A program made the position numbers and the translations under genes. Shown piece by piece: positions 52,257 through 64,000 of a stretch of DNA of 64,000 nt; within the stretch, counting starts at the first letter, position 1; the number at the start of each line of letters is the position of its first letter. The notes under the pieces were generated by a model. The model was not told where the DNA came from, ran no database searches, and saw nothing but the letters and a program-made list of their open reading frames with translations. This DNA comes from Octopus vulgaris (lineage: Eukaryota). The stretch is taken from the NCBI GenBank assembly GCA_951406725.2, contig OX597815.1, positions 27,590,001-27,654,000 on the forward strand, written 5' to 3'.

Positions 52257-53429
52257 TATTTCCTGTCTAGGAATTGAAGCCACAATCTTATTTCTTTATT
52301 GCCCATAAGGAGCTAAACATAGAGGGGACGGAATTTGAACTTAGAACGTAACAGCAGACAAAATACCGCTAAGCATTTCACCCAGTGTGCTAACGTTTCT
52401 GCCAGCTTGCCACAATCTTGCAATCATGAGTGTAACACCCTAAGCATTAAGCCGCCACACAGCTTCACCATTTCATTAATGTGTGAACCAAAAAAAACAA
52501 AAAAAGACTTATTCTCATCTACATTACACTGAGACAAACCAAAAGACACACCCAGCAATGGCTATAGCAAGGTTTGAACACATGAATCAGGGGATTAACA
52601 GCTTACTACCATAACCTCACAGCCACTGAACCTCTGATTATATTTTTAAAAAATCTCATTTATCAGTAACACTATTAGATATTAACTTGTTAAGTAATTG
52701 TTGTTAGCAATGAAAGTATTTATTTTATACTAAATAAACAGCTTTATGACTACTAATCTGTTTTAATGAGGTATTCCATTCTGAATTCACGAGTTGTTTG
52801 GTTTCAACATAAGGAAACCTGATATGATTGTTTAGAAGTCAAATATAACACTCCACAACTGCTAACTGACTTTTAATATAACTTTACAGTTTGTTTATTT
52901 ATATAATTTAAGGTCGCTAAAAAGCTCCCCTATCCTTTGAGACTGCAGATCCCATATGGCTTCTCTGACTTAAATATACTCAAGAAATTCATAAATTTTC
53001 TACATAAACAATATCTGGTGCTTGCTTTAAGGACCAGAGGCTTCTGGGTTTTTTCCTTTCAATTCCCTTTTGAAATCTCATGGATCTCTGCAATCTGATG
53101 TTTATCTTCACTTTTTCAAGCATTAAGTGGATGAGAGATGTACGTACCTCTTCCTGGATAAGATGCTGATACCCTATCACAGGTAGATTTCCTTGTGGGC
53201 AGAATTGCAGAACTGTAAACCAATGAATAAGAATCACTTATGTACCTTCATTGTAGCTTACAGCAATGAATTTCACTGCCACTTCACCTACAAAATGGAT
53301 TCGATGAGTACATCAGCAACTGATGCAGTGCTGCTAACAAGTTATGAACCGCTTCACTAGTTTTCCAGTATCCCATCAACTTGGTCATTTGTGCACTATC
53401 TAGTTTTTGAAAAACAATGGTAAAACCCA

Positions 53430-53748
53430 TAGCCTTTTCAGATTCTCTTAGACTAGTAGCAGGGATACAGATAACAGAATGATGTTCAATATGGTTAAAA
53501 TTTAGTTTGGTTTGTTGAAAATAGTTTGCAGTAAACACAGGCTAGAAGCGAACACTTTTTTGAGAAGGATGAATTAATTAGATGTTTTTAGCCTTTTCAG
53601 ATTCTCCTAGACTAGTAGCAGGGATACAGATAACAGAATGATGTTCAGTATAGTTAAAATTTAGTTTGGTTTGTTAAAATAGTTTGCAATAAACACAGGC
53701 TAGAAGTGAACACTTTTTTTAGAGGGATGAATTAATTAGATGTTTTTT
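53430..53748. repeat. ~159 bp tandem duplication
   Basis: tagccttttcagattctc(t/c)tagactagtagcaggg near 53430 and 53589. Confidence 0.9.
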
Positions 53749-54880
53749 TCTTTTAAGTAACTGGGGATGTGAGTGAATGAGGATAGCAAGAGATGTTTAA
53801 CTGGAGTTGGTTGTGTGATGAACAATTTTAGGATAACAGACAAATGTAATAGTGGTAGAAAATACTAAGACCTTGGGTTTTAGTATTACATTAAAACTCT
53901 CTATTAAATCTGTGCTCTGCATTAATGGATTTTGAAGAGTAATCGATACATCCTTTTACCTATGTATTTCATATCTGCTGGTAGAGAAGTAAGATATTTA
54001 TTCAATTGATGTTCTGATGGATTTTACTGCTTTTAGTTGGTGCCATGTTATCAAGAGATTGAAGCATCCTACGCATTGAAACTGATGTCTTTACAATACT
54101 TCTCAGATGTTGAGATTAGTTTTGGTGTCTTTGCTATCAATTTTAATAATGTTCTTTGCTGTAAAACACTTTTTTTACTCTTATTATTAATGCCAGTATC
54201 TGTTGTGGGGAGAAAATCATAGAAGTTATTGAATATTTAGTAGGATGGAAGATAAAATTGTTAAAATGTGCTTAGTTCAGTAACCAAAAAATTTCTACAG
54301 ATACTCATATACTAATACTAATCTGTTTCTATAAATACTAGTGTTAGATTTCCAAGTATCTACCAGTGGTATATGGAGGCTGGTGTCACAGGGTGTGCTA
54401 CCATACTTTTATTCAGAAATAAGCAAACAAACTTTGAGCTATTTTCATACATATTACAACCTCAGCATGACTTAATCTTTGTTTCTAAGTGTGTATTATT
54501 AGATGTGAAAACAGGGGGATCATTTAACATACCCCCCATACACTTCTGATACGTATGTTTATCTAGTGTCACTTAATTGTTTGTGATTCTATTTCTTAAG
54601 TGAAACATGTCATAGATATTGCTAATTATTGCAGCAGCTAATTTCATTTGTCTTCTGTAGCATTAAGTTCTTGATAAACAAATTTCCTCTAATTAGGTTT
54701 CTCCATAATTTTTTCCTGGCTTTGTGGTTAAGATATTTGCTTCCTGTGCATGCGGTCTCAGGTTCAAGCCCACTGCATGGCACCTTGGCCAAGTGTCTTC
54801 TACTATAGCCCCAAGTTGACCAAAGCCTTGTAAGTAGATTTGGTTGTTGGAAGCTGAAAGAAGCCCATCACACATGTATT

Positions 54881-54930
<50 letters not shown>

Positions 54931-55367
54931 TGTGTGTGTGTGTGTGCCCTTGTCTTTACATCATATGATGGTTGTAAATGAGCATCACCATCATATAAGT
55001 GATGTTGTTCATTTCCAATCTTCCATGAAAACATGCTCTGGGGAAATATAGCTTTGTTTACAAACAGTTGAGGATTAGCAACAGGTAGGACACCTATCTA
55101 TGGAAAATTTGCTTCAGCAAGTTTCATCTGACCCATGCAAGCAAGCATGGAAAAGTGGACATTAAATGATGATGATAGCTAACTGGATAATCTGAGTATG
55201 CAGAATTGTCAAACAAGGCAATGTTGGCAGTAGGATGTGATATCATAACCAATGAACATGTAGTATACAGATCTAAATATCTTAAACCCTCAGATACACA
55301 CACACACACAGAGCCGTGACCAAAAGTTTAGCATTCAGATTACATTGTCAAATGTAATGTTTATATA

Positions 55368-55879
55368 CCGTAAATCCTCGAGTATAGTCCACCCTTGAGT
55401 ATAATACGCAGGGGATTTTTAGAAGGCTGTACCTCTGAAAAACCTAAACCTTGTGTATAATACGCACCCATTCTCTAACTTAAGTCAAGGAGGTCTATAT
55501 AACGTCCTTGGTTTGTAAAAATGTATACGGTAACGTCCTTTATTATTATTGTACATATAACATAATGCAAACGTGCAGCTTTTTTGTGCATTTTGTTTGC
55601 AGAAAATAAAGAAATAACAGTAATAACATTTAATAAATGTTGCTTATTGCAAGTTATGGATGATTCTTTTATGACTTCATTGCTTTCAGGCTTAGCTTAA
55701 AGTATTTTCATGCCCGACATCACAAAATGCGTCTGAATAAGCATTGCCAGACAGCAAATAGAGTCTCAGACATTGCATAGAAAATATTTTTCATTTTTAA
55801 CCTCGTATATAGTATGCACTAGGGATTTTGACCTTTAAATTTTGGGGGAAAAATGCGGATTATACATGAGGATTTACGG
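55368..55879. mobile_element. Tc1/mariner-superfamily (pogo/Tigger-like) MITE nested in a piggyBac-like MITE
   Basis: TA|ccgtaaatcctcgagtatagtcc ... ggattatacatgaggatttacgg|TA. The flanks rejoin into the family 2 MITE seen at 29676-29902. Confidence 0.85.
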
Positions 55880-56926
55880 TATTCACTTTATTTTGAATTA
55901 CTCGTGCATTGTCTCATAGCTTTGAGATTTCAATGATGTGATTGCTTTTTTGTTTTCTTTTAGACTGACATTGTAGTGTAGATGTGAGAGGCTGGATGTG
56001 GCCAGTCTGGATATAAAACATTTAGAATATTTGGGCCAGATATGGCCAGTTTAAATGCTAAAAGGCTAAGGACCTTAATCTCCTTTTGGCTAGTCATCAG
56101 TATATCATTGTTAACAACATATCACAGTTTAAAGACTTCATAGCTAACATGCTAATTGGGCTTAATTGTTCTATATATAAAAACTTCAGTCTATTAAATT
56201 TTGGGAGGGACTCATCTGTAATTTCATAAGACATGGTACCTTTATCTTGCATTTATATAAATTGAAGAATGTGAGTTAAGTAATTGCCCTGCTCATGTAA
56301 TGAAAAGCATGTAGTGAATTCAAATTCATGTTACATGAGAAGGTAATACCAATTACCTGATCAACTTACTAAAATATTATTACTGCGGAAGTGTCAGAGA
56401 GTTTCTATAAAGACAGAAATATTCTTCCATTACAAGAATACAAGGAACCACCCAACTGTTAACATTTTACTCTGTGGCATCATAGCAACTATGTCCATAA
56501 CTGAATATGCAGCATTGGAAGAGAAAAGAAAAATATATATATATATAGTGAATTGAGTCAGTGTGTACAGTCTGTTGAGTCAGTGTGGATGGAGTCGATT
56601 GGGTGAAGTAGTATTCGTATTATCATTACTAGTATTAATTTATATTATCAAGTGTAGGGAGATGAATGGAGATGTCGAACCTGATGATAGAATTTGAGAT
56701 TGGAAACTGAAATACCTAATTAGCTTCTTGGCCAGCTACATCATGTCTGTTCTGTATATGTGTGTGTTGATGTTGATTTATCGGATTAATGCATTTAAAC
56801 TATAGGATGTAGCCATAAATCACCTTACACTCAACCAGTATCTTATAATATTCTTCATTCTGTTCAAACTCTTTACTTTTCTAGAAACTATTCAGTGGGG
56901 TAGACATGTAGCTGCATCCAGTGCCT

Positions 56927-57349
56927 GGATCTTTTCGGTTTGAATGGCAGTTTTTTCTAGCGGTGTCATATGAAATTTTCACCCATAATTATGACCCTAG
57001 TATCAATCTATTGCATTTCAATCTGTTTTAGGGTTATGGTTAGTTAGGATTAGGGTTAGGGGGAAGGGTATCTTTTTTTCTTCAGAAATGTAAATAAACC
57101 CAATCTGTTTCTTAAACGAGGGACATATTCATACGGCACAGAATGTTTTCACCTCAATAGACGTCATTGATTGGTTGAAATTGCAGAAATTGAAGAAAAA
57201 AACAAATATCTTACAAACTATAGAATTTTCTCAATAAAGCCAAGAGAAAAAGATGTTTTATAAACACATTCTACCAGTATACAAAGTTTAAAAGTGTTTA
57301 GTTACGTGGAAATTATTTTTAAAAACTGCCATTCAAACCGAAAAGATCT
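56927..57349. mobile_element. Second full copy of the Merlin-like MITE
   Basis: Near-identical to 45856-46285; TSD cagtgcct / cagagcct (7 of 8 match). Confidence 0.85.
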
Positions 57350-57751
57350 CAGAGCCTTACAAATTGATGGTGGTACTAACTTCACTTTTAGTAACAGTGA
57401 TGCTATGCACACCACATTTTGTTTACCTTTCCAGGTGCTCTATTGTTACATGTATGTTTATTCCCTTTGATTAAACTCACAAGGCTTCATCGCAGTTCAC
57501 CAAGTGTTCTTATGCACAGTATTTGTTTAGAACAAGAAGAAAGTATCAAGCTCAATGATTATTTACTGTATTTTAGTAAACATTGACCATGTTGGGTACA
57601 AGGTCTACGTAGCCAATCTATCACTCTTTCCCCCAAATTAGTTTAAATAGCATTAAAGTCAGCATGTTCCTATCCCATAAGAGCGTTGTATGTGTAGAAT
57701 TGATAAACATACTGAAACATCATAGGTTATAAATATTTGAGTTTAATCGTA

Positions 57752-58492
57752 GGCATAGGCATGGATGAGTGGTAAGAAGTTCTTGCATTGTCTCATAGCT
57801 TTGAGATTTCAATAATTGTTTTTGGTTTTTTTTTTTTTTTTTTTTTTTTGACTGACATTGTAGTATAGATGTGAGAGGCTGGATGTGGCCAGCCTGGATA
57901 TAAAATATTTAGAATATTTGCTTCCCAATCAAATGGTTCCAAGTTCAGTCTCACTGCGTGGCACCTTGGGCAAGTGTCTTCTACTATAGCCTTGGGCCAA
58001 CCAAATCCTTGTGAGTGGATTTGGTAGACAGAAACTGAAAGAAGCCGGTTGTATATGTATGTATGTATTTGTGTGTCTGTGTTTGTCCCTCACCATCATT
58101 GCTTGACAACCAATGTTGGTGTGTTTACATTCCCGTAACTTAGTGGTTTAGCAAAAGAGACCTATAGAATAAGTACTAGGCTTACAAAGAATAAGTCCTA
58201 GAGTCAATTTGTTCAACTAAATGTTGGTGTGTTTACATTCCTGTAACTTAGTGGTTTAGCAAAAGGGACCTATAGAATAAGTACTAGGCTTACAAAGAAT
58301 AAGTCCGAGTCAATTTGTTTGACTAAATGTTGGTGTGTTTACATTCCTGTAACTTAGTGGTTTAGCAAAAGAGACATATAGAATAAGTACTAGGCTTACA
58401 AAGAACAAGTCCTGGGAGTCGATTTGCTCGACTAAAGACGGCGCTCCAGCATGGCCGCAGTCAAATGGCTGAAACAAGGAAAAGAGTTAAAA
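57752..58492 (+). mobile_element. Family C CORE-SINE with an inserted MITE fragment and a triplicated ~106 bp internal segment
   Basis: aatgttggtgtgtttacattcc recurs near 58112, 58219 and 58326. The head is split by 57784-57918. Confidence 0.85.
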
Positions 58493-60115
58493 GAAAATGT
58501 ATAAAAGATGATGTTTTTATTCAATAAATCTTTACTCCTCTATAATTTATCATATGGAAGAAATATATATAGAATTTTGCTCTTCTGCTCAAAACTTTGG
58601 TCAATATAACACTTAGATCAAAAACGCCGGAATTGTCAAGAGAATGCAATTGGCATTTTGAAAGAGTGCCTACCATTACAACATCAAATATTTGATTCTA
58701 AGAAAATCCAAAAATATTCAAATTTATTATTTCTCCATTCTGTGCATGCATAGAGAAATAGATGTTATAAATAAATAAAGACGTAAATAAATAGAATAAA
58801 ATTGGACATTGAAGGAATTTCGTGACAAACCAAATTGCTTCTATCAAAATCTACTTTTTACAAAATGAAAGACTCTAAGAGCAATGAAAAAGAGTTATTT
58901 TGGAACTAAAAATAGTTATTGAGTGATGCTAAATGTTCTTGAACTTGTAAACAAGTTAGTGATTTTATTGCTTTGATAATTCAATGTTTTTTTGTTATTT
59001 GTTTCACAGATTTTTCTCTCATATTAGTTGTTTATATGTAATATAAATGTCTGTGTTGTTCAGAACAAAATATTACACAAACTTTTGTAGGGTTTTTTTT
59101 TTTTAATTGTGGTTTTTTTTTTTTTGGTTTATTTTTTTATTAAGATAGCCAGAGAAGAAAGTGGAGTTCATGACCCTATAGGCACTCTCAGACTGTTGAA
59201 ATGTATGCAGCTGGTGCTCAGCTTGACCACCTGCTGGTCAGTGTCTGCAGGAAAAAATCTGCTTGGAAAGAGAAGTGGGGAGGATATCTTGTTTGAATGT
59301 TTATAGCAAAGTGAACTTCACTAAATTTAGAGAATTCAGGTGGTAGTATTAAACTGGGTGCCATGTTAAGCCACCACCCTTATCAATAATACTCAGTAGT
59401 TTTGTAGTTTAGCTGTTGACTCCTAACCTTACAATGTCCATTTTCTTTTATCCTTTGTTTCTGTCCATTTGTTGCTTCTTACTTTTTAGTTCAGTGGTCA
59501 GTAATTGGAAAAACTCTCAAATCATAATAGGAAGTTTACTTAAACCAATATAGTCCTAGACATATAAAATGATGAAATAATTTCAGGTGAAACATCTTTG
59601 ATAGTAGAACTACTCAATCAAAGGTGGTCTGGGGATAAATAGTAACACCTATTTTAAAGTATTTTGCTCCCACAAAATCCAAGTTTCTATATTTTTGTTA
59701 CTATGGATAAATAGATATAAAATCATATGTGTGTGTATGCATAACTAAGTCATCATTTATGTTGAAATATCCATTTCTTTATTCTGGCATTAGTTAATGA
59801 GTTGAACAGATTTGCCATTTGTCTTAGTCTGCTATTATCTCCTCTCTGAAACCTAGCATTTGTTTGTTACATTTTATCTTCATTTTCTACCAACAGAATA
59901 TGACAGTTTTTCATCCAGTATTCATTGTCCACTTGAATTATGTTTACGCCAGCGCAGTTGTCTCTCTTACTCACTACTATGCATACATTCCACACACCTT
60001 ACACATAAGAGAAACTCTCTGTTACCATCAGAGGCAACAATCCTTTATATTTCTTCCCATCTTTTCTTTATTGTAACTTCTGGACTTTCTCTCCATCTAC
60101 TTCATGTACTAATTA

Positions 60116-60418
60116 GTGGAGGCACATGACCTAGTGGTTAGAACAGCAGACTCGCGGTCGAGGGATTACGGGTTCGAATCTCAGACCGGGTGATGTGTGT
60201 GTTTATGAGCGAAACACCTAAGCTCCACGTGGCTCTGGCAGAAGGTAATGGCGAACTTCTGCTGACTCTTTTGCCACAATTTTCTCCCACTCTTTCCTCC
60301 TGCTTCTTGCAGCTCACCTGCGACAGACCGGCGTCCCGTCCAGGTGGGGAACCTATACGCCAAGGAATCCGGGAAACCGGCCCTTATGAGCCAGGCATGG
60401 CTTGAGAAGGAACAAACT
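60116..60418 (+). mobile_element. tRNA-derived SINE (family D variant; second copy 62981-63268)
   Basis: tgacctagtggttag (A box) and gggttcgaatctc (B box). TSD tgtactaatta at 60105-60115 and 60419-60429. Confidence 0.85.
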
Positions 60419-62046
60419 TGTACTAATTAGACCATTTAATTAACTGAAATCTATTAGTTATGTCAGGTGGGTTACCTGAGCAATTTATTAGCCTCATTTT
60501 AGGGACATCCTATCAGCTAATTATTCCTATACATCAACAACATCTAAAATACTATCTGACTATAATCCATTACTTGCACAAAGTACACTGTATTTAACTA
60601 TTCCTTACATTTTCTAAAAGGCCATTTCCTACATAGCAATAGAATCTGTTACATTAACATTTATTCTATGCTATGAGAAAGTCATCATCATTTAGCATCT
60701 GCAATCCATGCTGGCATGGGTTGGACAGTTTGACAGAATCCAGCAGGTCAGGACACTGTGTTGAACTCCCATGTCTGTTTTGGTATGATTTCTACAGCTG
60801 GATGTCCTAATACCAACCACTTTATGACTTCAGAAACAACCTTCCTAACATTTGCTGTAGCCAGAGGTATGCTGCATTTAAGAAAAGGGCAACCAGTTTG
60901 GCTACTGCTGATCGTAGCCAAAACTTATGACATGCCACTGCATCTAGCTGTAAAACAATGTCTCAGTAATGTATTCACCTAACCCATGCAGACATGGAAA
61001 AATAAACGTTAAAACATGTGAACAAAAAAAAAACTCCTTCCATTACATTCATTTTTAAACACTATATTATTATTATTATTATTATTAAAAAGGAAGGTGC
61101 TTTGACATGTGTAACTCATCTTTTGGTGCATATTGTATTATACTTACTCTCAATAATAATATCATTTTACTGTAAGAATACTCATCAGTTTACATAGCTT
61201 CTTGCTATTTTCATTTGGAAAAATAGATATGAAATATAGTACTTTCCAAAAAAATATAGCAACTGTAATTATTGTTGCAAAGAAAATGATGAAAATGTGG
61301 TTGTTGATATTGCAATTACATATGGATACTGAGAATAAATGTTATTGTCATACCAGTCAGCTTTGTTGAAGCTAGCTATTCTTACAGGTATGGCATTGCT
61401 AAAACAAGATCAGAATTACTAGTTTTGTGTTCACGGTGGGAGGGGGGACAGAAAATACTTCAGCTCTGATCAGTTGCTTACCTTTTTAAAAGCTCAAGTA
61501 CTGTTCACATATCTAAAGAAAGTTGTTCAGCTGATCTGTAAAGATTCACTCATTAACACACTATATCCATTACTTCACAAACATTCTGTTTCTTCTCCTA
61601 TCTGAACAACACCTGGAATATCATCTCCACCCCAGCTCATCCGATGTCCTTATCTTTCCTCTATTCATAACTCTTGCAGTATCTCAGTTCAACCAAGCCT
61701 TGAACTAAACACTTTGCTCAATTCTTCATTAGCATGTAATCACTCACCAACAAACACACTCCAGTCATCGCCTCACAAACATGCTGTTCTCCCCACTCTA
61801 CCTTGTACTGATACTTACAATGCCATTTGCTCCTTGGACTTGATTGCTCTCATGTTGCTTCTGTTCAGGCCCATCTAACTTATTTGTCACCCATATTGTG
61901 TTAACATCCTACTCCTAGACCCTGCACCAACCACTTGTCAGACCTTCTTCTTTGATATATGAATCTTTTGGTATTTATTTACTGCAGTTGTTTTTCCTGA
62001 AGCCATAACCTTTGAACTCCTCAAGAGAGATGTTAACTTTACCACC

Positions 62047-62392
62047 ATCATCATCATCGTTTAACGTCTGTTTTCCATGCTAGCATGGGTTGGACGGTTT
62101 GACTGAGGTCTAGGAAACCAGGCTCCAGTCTGATCTGGCAGTGTTTCTACAGCTGGCTGCCCTTCCTTATGCCAACTACTCCATGAGTGTAGTGGGTGCT
62201 TTTTACGTGCCATCAGCACAAGGGCCAGAGGAGGCTGACAATGGCCACAATCAGTTGGTGCTTTTTACATGCTACCAGCATGGACACCAGTCAAGGCGGC
62301 GCTGGCAATGGTCACATTCAGATGGTGCTTTTTACGTGCCACCGGCATGGGTATCACAACTACAATTTCCATTTGATTTTGATTTTGATTTT
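62047..62392 (-). mobile_element. SINE family A
   Basis: (CAT)n...gtgctttttacgtgcc modules...tttgattttgattttgatt. Confidence 0.85.
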
Positions 62393-63767
62393 ACCATGTC
62401 TATATCATTAGTTCTAGATGGCCAGTGAAAGCTATTGGTGCAGCTCTTTCCACCAGAGAATCAAAAATAAAAATAGAAATTCGTTTGTGCCCATGTTTTT
62501 CATTCAGGTGTCAACCTGCAGAATGTCAAGATGAACTTCAATTACATCATTTCCATCAATCTAAATAAATCTATGAAGCCATAAGAACTCTCCTTCCTAC
62601 CTCCAGCAATGAAGCTATTTCATGAAAATAGCCAATTAAAGATTAGAGATTGTGTTACTCATCATTCACACAACATACATCACATTCTTGCTGCCTTATA
62701 TAATGGTGCAGGCATGGCTGTTGGTAAAGAAAATTGCTTCATAACCATATGCATGTCATTTTTGGCAAGTGTCTTCTGCATCAGGCTCAGACCAACCAAT
62801 GCCTTGTGGGTGAAATTTGATAGACAGAGACTGTATGTGTATGTTTATATTGACACTAGGTGAAAACTGGTAGATTCAAACAGAAACGCATTGTGATATT
62901 TATGTCCAACTGAGTTGTCTTCTCTTATGCCAATGTCATCTGCTTTGCATTTCGTGTCTTCTATCAAGAATAAATGATGCAGTGGAGGTACATGGCCTAG
63001 TGGTTAGAGCAGTGGACACACGGTCGAGGGATCACAGGTTCAAATCTCAGACCGAGCGATGTGTGTGTTTATGAGCTCCACACAGCTCCGGCAGAAGAAA
63101 ATGGCAAACTTCTGCTGACACTTTCGCCACAACTTTCTCTTACTCTTTCCTCCTGCATGTTGCAGCTCACCTGCGACGGACTAGCGTCCCGTCCAGGTGG
63201 GGAACCTATACGCCAAGGAAACCGGCCCTAATGAGCCAGGTATGGCTTGAGAAAGAACAAACAAAATAAATAATGCAGCAAGGCACAGTACTAGTGTCAA
63301 TATAATCAAGTATAAAATTCTTGAAAGCTGTGCTCCAGCATGGCCTCAGACCATTGACTGAAACCAGAAAAGAGAGAAAAAAAATGAATGTTGCGCACTG
63401 CATCCTAGATGCGTTCTGTGTGGTTATTATAGCAGCCAGAGCATGTTACCATTTTGACTGCTGACAGTTCTGTGTGGATATGTCTGGAGTTTTTGCTATT
63501 GATTGTTGCTCGGTTCGGCAAGGTAGAATGGGGTGTATCAGCTACTACTAAACCTAATTCTTCAGAATTTATTATTGGTCTTCTGCAATTTAGAGAAAGA
63601 ATTATCTAGAAAAGAAATTACATTGTGTGTGTGTGTGTGTACACGTTATGTATGCATGTGTGTCTGTCAGAAGAGAAGAGACAATAATTTTGGAATGGTG
63701 TTGCCAGTATTTATAGATAGTGATATAAATAACCTTAAAAGACCGATGATCTTCAGGCTGAGCTATG

Positions 63768-63945
63768 CAGGCGCAGGCATGGCTGTATGGTTAAGAAGCT
63801 TACTTCCCTGCCATGTGGACTCAGATTCAGTCCCACAACACAGCACCTTGGACAAGTACCTTCTGCTGCTATAGTTCCAGGTCAACCAAAGCCATGTGAG
63901 TCGATTTGGTAAACAGAAACTAAAAGAATCCCATTGTGTGTGTGT
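63768..63945 (+). mobile_element. Diverged family C SINE 5' half
   Basis: ggcgcaggcatggctgtatggttaagaagc...gcaccttggacaagt. Confidence 0.7.
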
Positions 63946-64000
63946 GAAGGCACATGGCTTAGTGGTTAGGGTATTCGGCTTACAATCGTAAGGTTGCAAG

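Noticed and set aside
52989-53538. Possible transposase remnant (ERKKPRSL on the minus strand)
   Set aside because: A single short motif with no supporting downstream residues; needs TBLASTX against Repbase.
60116-60195. tRNA gene (also 26393, 62981, 16910-16975)
   Set aside because: No intact acceptor stem; each continues into a repeat body, so these are tRNA-derived heads.

Overview
AT-rich, repeat-dense eukaryotic DNA. The SINE families and microsatellite load resemble a coleoid cephalopod (Octopus-like); this attribution is recalled from family sequences, not searched. The only host coding sequence I can support is one + strand exon (15741-16249) carrying a probable start codon and ending in PPKLAPVSGILTR, which resembles the conserved PPKLxPVSGxL motif of the LZTS/N4BP3 family. 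The rest appears intronic. It contains several SINE families, RTE and CR1/Jockey-type LINE remnants, a decayed mariner, at least three kinds of Penelope-like remnants with degenerate hammerhead ribozyme motifs, and piggyBac-, Tc1/pogo-, Merlin-, hAT- and Helitron-like non-autonomous elements. It also holds a 5S rRNA-headed retroposon and many local tandem or templated duplications. Almost all ORFs in the supplied track are spurious translations of repeats. No prokaryotic-type system or CRISPR array is present.
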